A stretch of DNA of 64,000 nt from Terriglobia bacterium (GTDB lineage: Bacteria > Acidobacteriota > Terriglobia > 20CM-2-55-15). Below, piece by piece: positions 51,289 through 62,192 of the stretch; positions within the stretch are counted from its first letter, which is position 1; each line of letters starts with the position of its first letter. The notes below the pieces were generated by a model. It did no database searches and was not told the origin of the DNA. It saw nothing but the letters and a program-made list of their open reading frames with translations. The translations under genes and the position numbers were made by a program. The stretch spans positions 64,001 through 128,000 of the forward strand of contig CBDAOY010000004.1 in the NCBI GenBank assembly GCA_965198225.1. The letters run 5' to 3'.

Positions 51289-52203
51289 ATGAAGAACCAC
51301 GGAGAGGACGGATGGAAACCTCAGGTGAAGCATCATTTCTCTCTGCTTGACCAAGTGAACGCCTTGGTCGGGGCGCGTGACGCCGATCCGGAAGTGGGCT
51401 TCATGGCGCGGCTGCTGGCACTGTGCATCCTGCCCCGCACCAATCCCGGCGAACAGTATCAGTACAAGCGCATCAATGGGCCGTACCAGCTCATCTTGAG
51501 TCGGACGGGCGACTATAGGCTGCCCTTCGGCAACCTGCCCCGACTGCTTCTGGCCTGGGTCTGCACCGAAGCGGTCCGGACCCAGAGCCGCGAACTCGTC
51601 CTTGGGCGCTCGCTCTCGGAGTTCATGCGCAAGATGGACATTCTGAGCAGCGACAGTGGAGGTGCCTGGGGAATCCGGACGCGGCTACGCAACCAAATGG
51701 ATCGGCTGTTTCACGCGACTGTTCAGTTGATGTACAAGGATGAGAAAGGAACCGCAAGCGTGGGATCGCTGATCGCCGACCGCACGGAACTCTGGTGGGA
51801 TCCCAAGAGCCCCGATGAGGCGGTCCTGTGGGAGAGCAAGCTCCGGCTGGGTGAAGAGTTCTTCAACGAAATCATCCGCCGTCCCGTGCCGCTGGACATT
51901 CACATCCTGAAGGCGCTGAAGAGGTCACCGCTGGGCCTCGACCTGTACATGTGGCTAGTCTACCGGACCTTTGCATTGAATCGTCAAGTGCAGATCTCTT
52001 GGCCGATGCTTTACCGGCAGTTCGGGGCGGACCCATCTCGGGCGACTGATAACTGCACCGTCCAAGATTTCCGCAAGGACTGCCTTCGCGAGTTGAAGAA
52101 GATCCAAACGGCCTGGCCGGGTCTGAACTACGGCACAGCCAAGGGCGTGTTGTTTCTCCGCCCGTCTGAGCCATCGGTTCCTCGTCTTACCCTCGTTGAG
52201 TAG
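51289..52203 (+). CDS. repA: Plasmid replication initiator, RepA_C (IncW-like) family
   Basis: GFMARLLALC.LP, LPFGNLPRLLLAW..TEAVRT, LGRSLSEFM and SPLGLDLYMWL.YR. Confidence 0.88.
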   Translation: MKNHGEDGWKPQVKHHFSLLDQVNALVGARDADPEVGFMARLLALCILPRTNPGEQYQYKRINGPYQLILSRTGDYRLPFGNLPRLLLAWVCTEAVRTQSRELVLGRSLSEFMRKMDILSSDSGGAWGIRTRLRNQMDRLFHATVQLMYKDEKGTASVGSLIADRTELWWDPKSPDEAVLWESKLRLGEEFFNEIIRRPVPLDIHILKALKRSPLGLDLYMWLVYRTFALNRQVQISWPMLYRQFGADPSRATDNCTVQDFRKDCLRELKKIQTAWPGLNYGTAKGVLFLRPSEPSVPRLTLVE

Positions 52204-52335
52204 TGTTCTTCTCTGGGGGTGTCCCTCCCTCCAGTTGTGGTCTCCGGATCCTCCGGGTCTGCACCAGAGTTTTTCAACAATTGCCGCCTTTCCCGCTAGT
52301 TGAATAAACTACTTGTTCTTACTACTTAGAGGGTG

Positions 52336-52405
52336 GGGTGTTTATGCGGGTACTTTACGGCCTATATGGGGTGTTTATGCGGAATGCCTATAGGGTGTTT
52401 ATGCG
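52336..52405 (+). repeat. Three 13-bp iteron-like repeats GGGTGTTTATGCG (candidate oriV)
   Basis: Copies at 52336, 52369 and 52393, next to an AT-rich stretch (52297-52330) downstream of repA. Confidence 0.75.
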
Positions 52406-52941
52406 TGGAAAACTCCCCGAAATCACAGCGTTCTGTGGAAAAGCCTAAACGGCCCTCAGCGGGCGTCTGGCGGTTTTGAAGCTGGCTGGTAGGTCCCGTC
52501 CGAACGGTCGTTCGTCGCTCTTGGGCGATCTTGGGGCGTTCTATGGAAGGGGCTTTGCTTGGCGGCCTTTCGTCCGGCGGCGGGAGTGGCGATACCGGAG
52601 GCATTTCTGGCACGAGGGATCGGCCGCGTCGACTTGCTCACGCAGGACGAAGAGCCCGCATAGCGTCGGGGTTAGCCCTCCGGGTACGTCCCTGGTCGGG
52701 TCTTGGATGTGGGTTTTCGGCTTTGCCATGGGAAGTGGGTCCCCTTCCAGCTCGAGAAAAAGCGGCGGACCCGGCAACTGCAGCGCGCGGCCGGTCTGTC
52801 AGGTTTCAGTCTTGCGTCAGTGCCGCTCGATCGGATGTCCACAGGCCGAGCAGTAAGCCATCTCAATCGCGAGGTCGGGCTCGATGTTCCTGTGACAATT
52901 GGGGCAGGATGGTGCCTCTTCCTGCGGGGATCTTTTCGTAG

Positions 52942-53672
52942 TCATCGATTTCCTTCCGTTTCCGATCCTAACCGAAATCGCCGTCCCATAGTGCAGACCG
53001 AGATGCGCTCGACGATGTTGCGGGTGACACGGCGGGCGCGGCGGTCATAGACCTGGGTGGAGGAGGAGGCGCTGTGACCGACCAAATATTGCACATCCTT
53101 GACGGGGACGTTCTGGGACAGCAGGTCGGTGACGACCATCACGCGGAACGAGTGCGGGCTGATGATGTCGGGTAGGCCGACATCGCGGAGCTAGCGGCTT
53201 GAGCATGAAACGGATCGTCTGGGCGGCGATGCCGCGGTCCTGGACGGCGCGGCGGCGGAACCAGGCGGCGCGAAAAGCGGGGAGTCCTTCGGATCGTCGG
53301 CAATGCCGGCCGCGGCGATGTATTCCTGGAGCCACTGGTCGAGGTCATCGCGAACTGGGATCTCCCGTTCCTTCCCCCCTTTCTCCTGAAACCGCAGCGT
53401 ACGGTGCTCGCCGTGATCCCGGAGATCGCGCAGGGCCAGGCGCGCAATGGCGCCGACGCGGGCGCCGGTGTAGGTGAGGGTGCCAGGAACCGGCGGATGG
53501 TGCGGCCGTAGGCGCGGTGGGTGTGGGGGTTGGAGATGCGGGCCGAGAAGAACTCCTCGGCTGCCAAGCAGGCGCTTGCGCCGGCCCGCTCGAGGATCGC
53601 CGGGAAGCCGCCGGCCCACCCTCCGGAAGGGACCTCTGCCGGCTGGGGAGCAGTGGGAACCAGATCGTTCAT
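52942..53672 (-). pseudogene. Plasmid-type tyrosine recombinase, deleted and frameshifted
   Basis: EFFSARISNPHT.RAY, YTGARVG, EKGGKEREIP, HSFRV and LVGHS...TQVYDRR in different frames. Confidence 0.8.
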
Positions 53673-53709
53673 AAACACACCGATAACATATTCTGTAGCG
53701 GCCGAAGCA

Positions 53710-54010
53710 TGCTGGAAATTTCGGCTTGCGCGCCGGGTTGTGTGGATGGCCGTCGTGGCCATCATTCTGGCGCCGCTGGTGGAACTGGTGGCCCGGGGGG
53801 TGAGCCCTTGGCTGAACGCCGTGCAGGTTTTGCGGACGGTCTTCACCCGGCCCGCTCGCCCAACGGGCTGCCCCTGATCGCGATTGTCATCGGAGGACTG
53901 ATATTTGCTTTCGGAGAGGGCGGGAGCAAATGCGTGATCGCTGGCATCGTCTTCGGGTTGGGCATGGCGCTGGGCGCGACGAACTTCCTGAACTGGCTTT
54001 TCCCCGGCTC
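53710..54010 (+). pseudogene. TrbC/VirB2-like pilin, frameshifted
   Basis: SPWLNAVQVL..VFT / LIAIVIGGLIFAFGEGGSK...FGLGMALGATNFL. Confidence 0.65.
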
Positions 54011-54335
54011 GATCCGCCGTGTGTGGCCTCTGCCGAAAGATCCGCCCGGTTGGGAACGGATCTATGAGGGTTCCTTCCTCGAAGCCGCGCGGGTTACGCA
54101 GCTCTCCGGAGACTCCCCGGGCCGGTTCTCGCCAACATTGCCCTGACCTGCAACGGATACTGATTCGCTGCGGCGGCCGCACGGTCGGTACGGCCGTCGG
54201 CGTGGACAACGCCGACCAAGAGCAGCTGGCCATCGGGTTTCGCACCGGCTCATTTTCCCGGACGGCCGCTCAGGGCCCAGGACCTTTCCGCTCTCGATCA
54301 GCTCGTCCATTGGGGCGTACAGCTTCGCGCCGAAC

Positions 54336-54392
54336 GATTAAGTATGATATGTTATAGTATGATACTAAATAATATTAAATCATATAGGACGA
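54336..54392 (+). promoter_or_regulatory. AT-rich promoter/operator (possible parS) of the par operon
   Basis: AGTATGATA present twice in a very AT-rich patch directly upstream of parA. Confidence 0.45.
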
Positions 54393-54395
54393 GTA

Positions 54396-55040
54396 ATGAT
54401 TGTTTTGATCGGTGGCGAGAAGGGCGGCACAGGGAAAACCACGATCGCGACCAATCTGGCCGCGCTGCGTGCCTTGACTGGCAGCGATGTGCTCCTTGTG
54501 GACACGGACCCACAAGGTAGCGCCAGCTATTGGACAACATCTCGGGCCGAGAATGACATCAAACCACGCGTGGCCTGCATTCAGAAGTTTGGGGAGGGTT
54601 TGCAGCAGGAACTACAGGATCTCGCGAACCGATACCAGGACATTATTGTCGACGCCGGCGGCCGAGACTCGGTCGAACTCCGCGCTGCAATGCTCGTAGC
54701 CCATAAGACCTATGTGCCTATTCAAGCGTCACAATTCGATATCTGGACCCTCTCGCAAACGAACGATCTGATAGTTACGGCGCAGGGATTTAACCCCAAT
54801 CTGCGCGCCTGGGTCGTAATCAACCGCGGATCGACCAACCCGTCCGTAAAGGAGATTCCCGAGGCTGTAGAGATCATGGGCGATTTCGAGCACTTGGGCC
54901 TCGCTACCAGTGTCGTTCGCGATCGTATCGCGTACCGCAAGGCGGTGCGTGATGGTCTCTCAGTAGTGGAGATGAAGCCACCGGACGCGAAGGCCAGCCG
55001 CGAAATTAACGCGTTTTATGTGGAGGTCTTCAAACGATGA
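54396..55040 (+). CDS. parA: Plasmid ParA (type Ib Walker-A ATPase)
   Basis: KGGTGKTT, VDTDPQGS, IVDAGG and DRIAYR. Confidence 0.92.
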   Translation: MIVLIGGEKGGTGKTTIATNLAALRALTGSDVLLVDTDPQGSASYWTTSRAENDIKPRVACIQKFGEGLQQELQDLANRYQDIIVDAGGRDSVELRAAMLVAHKTYVPIQASQFDIWTLSQTNDLIVTAQGFNPNLRAWVVINRGSTNPSVKEIPEAVEIMGDFEHLGLATSVVRDRIAYRKAVRDGLSVVEMKPPDAKASREINAFYVEVFKR

Positions 55041-55426
55041 CGAGCAAGCTCCGGAGCAAGCCACCCAGTACTAGCGCCGCGGAATTCATAAGCGGCGCGC
55101 ATCAGCGAACTGCGGAAATGGAACAAAATGAAACTCTGCAGCTGCAGGAAAGCCGTCAATCAAAGCCGCGCCGCATGCTAGTCGCGTCAGTTATATCGGC
55201 GCCATGGGAGGATCCTCAGGTGCGGGATGACGTGCTGAAGGTTTACAACCTGCGTTTACCTGAGCCGTATTTGCTCAAGCTAAAGTACATCGCGGCACAC
55301 ACGCCTGACAGCATGCATCAATTCTGTATCGGCGTGCTCTTGCCGGCGATTGACAAGAAAGTTGAGGAGTTGGCCGATTTGAGTGGGGGTGAGAAGATCA
55401 GTACCAGCCGGGGCAAAGATAACTGA
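55037..55426 (+). CDS. ParA partner (ParG/RHH-like)
   Basis: ATGA overlap with parA; AAEFISGA N-terminus and C-terminal YNLRLPEPY strand-helix pattern. Confidence 0.7.
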   Translation: MTSKLRSKPPSTSAAEFISGAHQRTAEMEQNETLQLQESRQSKPRRMLVASVISAPWEDPQVRDDVLKVYNLRLPEPYLLKLKYIAAHTPDSMHQFCIGVLLPAIDKKVEELADLSGGEKISTSRGKDN

Positions 55427-55429
55427 CCG

Positions 55430-56869
55430 GCATCGCTGTGCTCATCGTCTCTACGTAGGGCTCGCAGGAACACTGCCCGAAGCAGGCGCCGCAAGATATT
55501 CACCTGCCGGCACGGCACGGCGGGCGAAGAAGGGCCTTGCGCTGCCGATATCATCACGACGCTGGCACGGCGTGCGTTTCGCCGGCCGTTGACGGATGAG
55601 AATGTCGAGGAGCTGATGAGCGCTTACCAGGAAGGAGCCAACCAGGATTTCGACACGGGGATCCGAATGGCGTTGCAGTTCATCATTGCGAACCCCGAAT
55701 TCGTGTTCCGTGTGGAGCGCACACCCGCCAACGCCGTCGCGGGTGCAAACTATCGCATCAGCGACCTGGAGCTGGCTTCCCGCTTGGCGTTTTTCCTGTG
55801 GAGCAGCCTCCCCGACGACGAACTCATCACCCTGGCCAGCCAGGAACAACTCAAGGATCCGGCGATACTCGAGCAGCAGGTGCGCCGCATGCTGGCCGAC
55901 CCTCGCTCGGAAGCATTGGCGAAAAACTTTGCGGGGCAGTGGCTGCACTTGCGCAACCTCAGGGAATTGCTCCCCGATGTTTACCTCTATGCGGACGCGG
56001 ACCAGAACTTGCTCGAATCGATGCGAAGGGAGACGGAGTTGCTCTTCGACAGCATCGTGCGCGAGAACCGAAGTGTTGTCGATCTGCTGACGGCGGACTA
56101 CACGTTTGTCAATGAGCGTCTCGCGAAACACTACGGGATTCCGAATGTCCTGGGGAATAGATTCCGGCGCGTGAAGCTACAGGATGAGAGCCGTTTTGGA
56201 CTGTTGGGCCAGGGGAGCATTCTGTCGGTAACGTCGTTCTCCAACCGGACCTCCCCCGTGGTGCGTGGCAAGTGGATTCTGGAGGAGATTCTGGGCGTGA
56301 CTGCTCCGATACCTCCTCCCAACGTGCCGCTCCTGGAGGAGAACACCTTGGGCAGAGGCGGTGAACCGCTCAGGCTTCGATCGGTGCGCGACCGTCTGGA
56401 ACAGCACCGCACGAGGGAACCGTGCGCCTCCTGCCATAAAATCATGGATCCGATGGGCCTGGCGTTGGAGAATTTTGACGCGATCGGGGCATGGCGAACC
56501 CACGACAGTGGCTTCCCTGTCGAGGCGGGGAGTGAGTTGGTTGACGGAACCAAAGTAAACAACCCGGCCGACCTGCGGCAGGCACTCCTGAAATACTCTG
56601 ATGCCTATGTCCGGAACTTCATCGTAAAGCTGGTGACCTATGCTTTAGGCCGTGAATTCACGTACGTCGACATGCCGGTGGTTCGCGAGATCGAACGGCA
56701 GGCCGCCCGGAACGACAGCCGGTTCACTTCAATCGTCATGGGTATCGTGAACAGCATGCCATTCCAAATGAGAAAGGTGGAGCATCCCTCAGACACGAGT
56801 TCCGCCCCCGCCGCCGCACTGAGTCCGGACGCCGGGAAGCGGAGACACGAGGCCGTTCCCCGCCGTTAG
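55430..56869 (+). pseudogene. Second DUF1592-type cytochrome protein, 5' truncated
   Basis: ELASRLAFFLW, TSPVVRGKW and CASCH; homology extends upstream to RRKIFTC at ~55487. Confidence 0.85.
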
Positions 56870-56922
56870 CGGACTCGATTAAACCGAAACAAACGATCCA
56901 AGTACGGAGAGGGTACCAACAG

Positions 56923-58082
56923 ATGTTTATCACGAAGAAGCATATCTCCCGACGCACGGTTCTCCGAGGCATGGGTGCTGCGGCGGCGCTGCCGTTTCTG
57001 GAGTCGATGGTGCCTGCCCAGACACCTTTGCGCAAGACGGCCGCGGCCCGACCGCCCCGCCTCTGCACCATCGAACAGGTTCATGGCGCGGCAGGCAGCA
57101 CGCGGACAGGCCAGAAGCTTCACTACTGGTCGCCCGAAAGAGAAGGCTCCGATTTCGAGTTCACTTCCAGTTTGAAGTCGCTCGAACCTTATCGGGAGTA
57201 CATCACGATCGTTACAAATACGGACCTCGAGAACGCAAGGGCACGGACCTCGAACGAGGAGGGCGCCGATCATACCCGCTCATCGGCGGTGTACTTGACC
57301 GCAGCCCATCCGAAGAAAACGGAGGGAGCGGATTACTTTTGCGGCCCTTCGATCGACCAGATCTACGCGCAGCGGTTCGGCCGGGACACACCGTTGCCGT
57401 CGCTCCAGCTCTGCATCGAGTCCGCGGGTTCCTTGTCGGCTGCCTGCGGGTACGGCTACAGCTGTGTTTACACCGACACCATCTCCTGGTCATCACCGAC
57501 CACTCCGTTACCCATGGAGAGGAATCCGCGCGTGACTTTCGAACGCCTGTTCGGCGGCGGTGGCACATCGGAAGAGCGCGCCACCCGGCTGCGGGAGAAC
57601 GGAAGCATTCTGGACAGGATCGCGCGCTCAGCAGCTCGGCTACAAAGGGAAGTGGGCCCGAACGACCGCAACCGTCTTAACAGTTACCTCGAGAACGTCC
57701 GCGAGATCGAGCGGCGGATTCAGAAGATCGAACGATACAACGCGGAACATGACGGAGAGAGACAGCTGCCGGACGCCCCGATTGGCGTGCCGGACTCGTG
57801 GGCGGAGCATATGAGCCTGATGCTCGATTTGCAGGTACTGGCTTTCATGACGGAGACCACCCGCGTTTCAGCGTTCAAGCTGGCGCGTGACGTTAGTTCG
57901 GCGGTCTACCCGGACAGCGGGGTCTCGATTCCCTTCCACTCGGCTTCGCATCACGGACAAGATCCGAGGAGTATCGCCGAGTTCGCCCGGTTGAATCAGT
58001 ATCATGTCAGTACAGTGGCCCCCTTCATCGAGAAGTTGAAAAACACGCCCGACGGCGACGGCAACCTCTTAGACCACACCTT
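56923..58082 (+). pseudogene. Second DUF1552 protein, 3' truncated by a Tn3-type end
   Basis: Paralogue of 13214..14584; stops at GNLLDHTL. Confidence 0.88.
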
Positions 58083-58868
58083 GGGGTGCATTTAAACAAA
58101 GGTACCAAATCCGTCATAGCGATCACGGTTAACCTTTGCTGCCTCTAGCGTTTGCGCCGAAATTCATACTCCCAGTTTCAACCCACCTCGAAGTGACGGA
58201 TTTTGGGCACCTCCAGACCGACCGAATCTTGCAGCTTCTCGGCCGCGAAATCGTACTCGCCGTGCAGGTTGATGTGCTGCCGGGCAACGACCGATCCGGA
58301 GGCGACTCGAGGGCTTCCTTCTCGTTCGCAGTTCGAATGCTCATCCGTGCCAGTTCATGTCTCCCTACCCACCCGAGCACGCGCCAGGCGGGATCCTGTT
58401 TCGGCAGTCTGAGGGTGACACATAGGGTTTCCAGAGATTTCTGCTGACACTGAGCGCGAAAAACCGGGCTTTCAGCAGCTTGAGATTACTGCCAACTAGA
58501 CTGTCCACCGTGTCGCTTTCGAACAGATGGAAAAAGCGATATTCGACGGCACGATCAAGACGGTCATCGTCTGGAAACTCGACCGAATCTCGCGTCGACT
58601 TCAAGACGGCATCAATCTGATCGCCGATTGGGGCGAGCGCGGCGTGCGCGTTGTTTCGATCACCCAACAGATTGACCTCAGCGGTCCCGGTGGGCCGGAT
58701 GGTAGCCCGGAGATCGTCAATGCACTCGCTGTCAGCGAAAGGACCGTATTCCGATATTTGACCCAGGTGCCCCGCTCCTGCTTCCAGCCCTCGACCTGAG
58801 TGCCTAGTAGCCTCGCAATTCGGACCGATTTCTATGACGGATTTGGTACCTTTGTTTAATTGCACCCC
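58083..58868. mobile_element. 786-bp non-autonomous Tn3-type element with a degenerate serine resolvase
   Basis: 37-bp IRs GGGGTGCA(T/A)TTAAACAAAGGTACCAAATCCGTCATAG; internal VIVWKLDRISR motif and an HTH remnant VSERTVFRYL. Confidence 0.85.
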
Positions 58869-58930
58869 AGATTGTTTGGTTCCCCTCAGTTTCCAGCTGG
58901 ACGCTCAAGCCGCCGGGGGGAGCAACGCTG

Positions 58931-61637
58931 TTAATCTAGGAGCGTCGTCTGGTCGAGTTCAGGTTCCGGCCGGTGGCCGCCGCCGGTGGTCGGCACCGGA
59001 TCGATCGCGGCATCCTCGTCCGCCAGTTGGACGTGTATCGCAGCCTTCTTCTCAACCCGGTAGCTGTCCATGTCGATGGACTCAAGGATGCCCTTGGACA
59101 GATCCTCTTCCACGGGAGCGGGAAGCTTTGGAACAAGGAAGTTGAGGAAGATCGAGAGCTTCTCCCACTCGGCGTTCGTATAAGGCAGGATCGAGGCGAG
59201 GAAGCCGTACGCGCGCATGAACGCCTTGGCCTTGCCCTTGAAGTCCAGCTGCCCGTCCTCATCGAGTTGTCCCTTGTAGGCCGCGACGCAGGCATCAAGG
59301 ATGGGGTCGAGCCGGTCGCGGTCGGACCCTCCCAGGTAGAGCGTCACGAGCCGGTCGATCTCCGCGTCGGCATACACCTGATAGGCGTCGAGCGCGGCCT
59401 TGAGGTCGTGCAGCTTGTTGGGGTCGGTCTCCTCGCTGAGGATCGTCGTCCGGTAGTAGTCGGCGAACGCCTCTTGGATGGTATCGGCGTCGTTCATGAA
59501 GTCGAGGACAAACACGTCGTGTTTCTTCGGGTGTGCCCTGTTGAGACGCGACAGCGTCTGCACGGCCTTGATCCCGGACAAGATCTTGTCCACGTACATG
59601 GTGTGCAATAGCGGCTCGTCGTACCCGGTCTGGAACTTGTCGGCGCAAATCAGGAACCGATACGGGTCCCGCTGGATCGCATCGGCGATCCGCCCGGACC
59701 GGAAGCCGTTGAGGGACGCCTCACTGGTCTTCACCCCGCCTAAATCGTGTTCGCCCGAGAAGGCGGCAATGGCCTGGTACGGGCTTTTGCGCTCCAGCAG
59801 GTACTGCCGGATCGCGTGGTAATACTGGACCGCGCGCTCGATGCCGCTCGTCACCACCATGGCGCGGGCCTTGCCGCCGATCTTTTTGAGCGCCAGCACC
59901 TGTTCGTGAAAATGGTCCACCATGATCTCGGCCTTGAGCCGGATGGCATACTCGTGGCTCTCCACGTAGCGCCGCAGCTTCTTCCGGGCGCGTTTGGTGT
60001 CGAACTCAGGATCGCCCTCGATCTTCTTGATGAGCTTGTAGTAGCTCTCGATCGGCGTGTAGTGCCGCAGCACATCCAGGATGAAGCCCTCCTGGATCGC
60101 CTGCTTCATGGTGTAACCGTGGAACGGGCGGTGCCGGGTCTGCCCTCCCGCGTCGTACGCCTCGCCGAAGATCTCCAGCGTCTTGTTCTTGGGCGTGGCG
60201 GTGAAGGCGAAGTAGCTCGCATTCCCGAGGAGCTGCCGCGCCTCCATGATGCGGTTGATCTTGTCCTCGGTGGTCTCGTCCTCCTCCCCGGCGCCCGCCT
60301 CGGAAAGCGCCATGCTGACCGCTGCCGAGGTCTTGCCGCCCTGGCTCGAATGCGCCTCGTCGATGATGATGGCGAAGCGCCGGCCCCGCTGCTCGTTCCC
60401 GATCGCGTCGAGAATGAACGGGAACTTCTGCACCGTCGAGATGATGATCTTCTTGCCGCTCTCGATAAGCGCACGGAGGTCACTCGAGTGCTCGGCATGG
60501 CCGACGGTGGCCCCAACTTGGGCGAACTGCTTGATCGTGTCGCGGATCTGCTTGTCGAGGAGGCGCCGGTCGGTGACCACGATGATGGATTCGAACACCG
60601 CGGCGGCGTCCTTCTGGAGCCCGATCAACTGGTGGGCGAGCCAGGCGATGGAGTTGGACTTCCCGCTGCCGGCCGAATGCTGGATAAGATACCGCTTCCC
60701 TGCGCCGTGCCGGCGCGTGTCGGCCAAGAGCCGGCGCACCGCGTCGAGTTGATGGTAGCGCGGCCAGATCTGCACCTTCTTCTTCCTTCCCGTCTGCTCA
60801 TCCTTGGTTACGACGACCTGCGCATAATTCTCCAGGATGTCGGTCAGCCCGTCGCGGCTGAGCAGGCGTGTCCAGAGGTAGTCGGTCTTGAGGCCGTCCG
60901 CGTTGGGGGGGGTTGCCGGCACCGTCGTTCCAGCCCTGGTTAAAGGGCAGGAACCACGAGCCTTTGCCCTTCAGGTGCGTGCAGAACCGCACTTCGTGGT
61001 CGTCCACCGCGAAATGCGCCACCGAGCGGCCGAACTCGAAGAGTTTCTCGCGGGGGTCGCGGTCGCGCTTGTACTGCTCCACGGCGTCCTCGACCGTCTG
61101 CTTGGTGAGGCTGTTCTTCAGCTCGAACGTGGCGACCGGAATGCCGTTGATGAACAGGCCGAGGTCGAGCGCCCGCTGGGTCTCGTCGCGGCTGTAGCGG
61201 AGCTGGCGCGTGACCGAGAAGCGGTTCTGCGTGTAGCGTTCGGCAGCGGAGGGGTTGCCGGGAGACGGTGTGCCATAGAAGAGTTCGACGTGATGCGGCC
61301 CGTCCTTGACCCCCTTGCGGAGCACATCGATGACACCGCGCTTGCTAACCTCGCCCTGCAGCCGGGCCAGGAATTTACGCCGCGTCGGACCCCCTTCGGC
61401 CAACGCCAGCGACTCGGCGGCCTCCGGCTGCGTCGACTTCAGGAACGCCGCGAGCTGGATCCGATCAACACAGAACTCGCGGTCGTAGTCCTGGGGATTG
61501 CCGCAGACCCAGCCTGTTCCGCCATCGCCGCGAGGCGCTTCTACGACGCGGCCTTCTTTCGGCGGATCGCAAGGATGACCGGTGAGCGCCGTGCAGATCA
61601 GGCGTTCCAGTCCTCTCTCGGTGGTATCGGTGGTCAC
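58931..61637 (-). pseudogene. hsdR: Type I restriction subunit R, frameshift at a C8 tract (60905-60912), 3' truncated
   Basis: LFINGIPVATFELKN, HSAGSGKS, IIDEAHSSQ, FTATPK and KFQTGYDEP. Confidence 0.92.
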
Positions 61638-61650
61638 GCCTCGGCTCTCT

Positions 61651-61968
61651 TCAAATGGCGACCTCCCTCAATTCCCCAGGCTCCATCTCGTTTACCCCAG
61701 CGCTGATGTCGTCGGCCTTCTGCCGGATGAGGGGCCAAGCGGTTGAGAGCAGCACCAGGATGGCGATATTCCTGTTGGCGAGGTATTGCTGGTGCCGGAT
61801 ATTCTGGTCGGTGGTAATCAGGAGGTCATAGTCCTCGTCTTCCGCAGCTTCGAGCAAATCCCCGTTATCGAGGTCGGACCAACCCCGTTCTGCGGCGGTG
61901 TCCACCGAGTGTGCGGCCAGATAGTTGCGGAGCGGCCGCGGAGTGCCTTGATCGAATAGGATCTTCAC
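61651..61968 (-). CDS. DUF5615 PIN-like toxin
   Basis: MKILFDQG.P...NGDLL..AE...LLITTDQN. Confidence 0.8.
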   Translation of the reverse strand: MKILFDQGTPRPLRNYLAAHSVDTAAERGWSDLDNGDLLEAAEDEDYDLLITTDQNIRHQQYLANRNIAILVLLSTAWPLIRQKADDISAGVNEMEPGELREVAI

Positions 61969-62192
61969 ACGACAGCCGAGTCCGACAGGGACTTCATTTC
62001 GTGCTCAAGAACCGCTTTGACTTGCCACTCCTCTACACCTTGGAACCAGTCCAGGAATTGCTCCGTTGATGCTCCTTCCTTGAGGTTTTCGAATAGAGCA
62101 GATACAGGCACACGAGTTCCTTGAAAGACCCAGGCTCCGCTGAGCTTTTCCGGGCGGCGTTCGACGGCCGGACACGTCTTCCAGTTCGTCAT
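61965..62192 (-). CDS. DUF433 antitoxin
   Basis: SGAWVFQGTRVPVSALFENL..G. Confidence 0.85.
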   Translation of the reverse strand: MTNWKTCPAVERRPEKLSGAWVFQGTRVPVSALFENLKEGASTEQFLDWFQGVEEWQVKAVLEHEMKSLSDSAVV

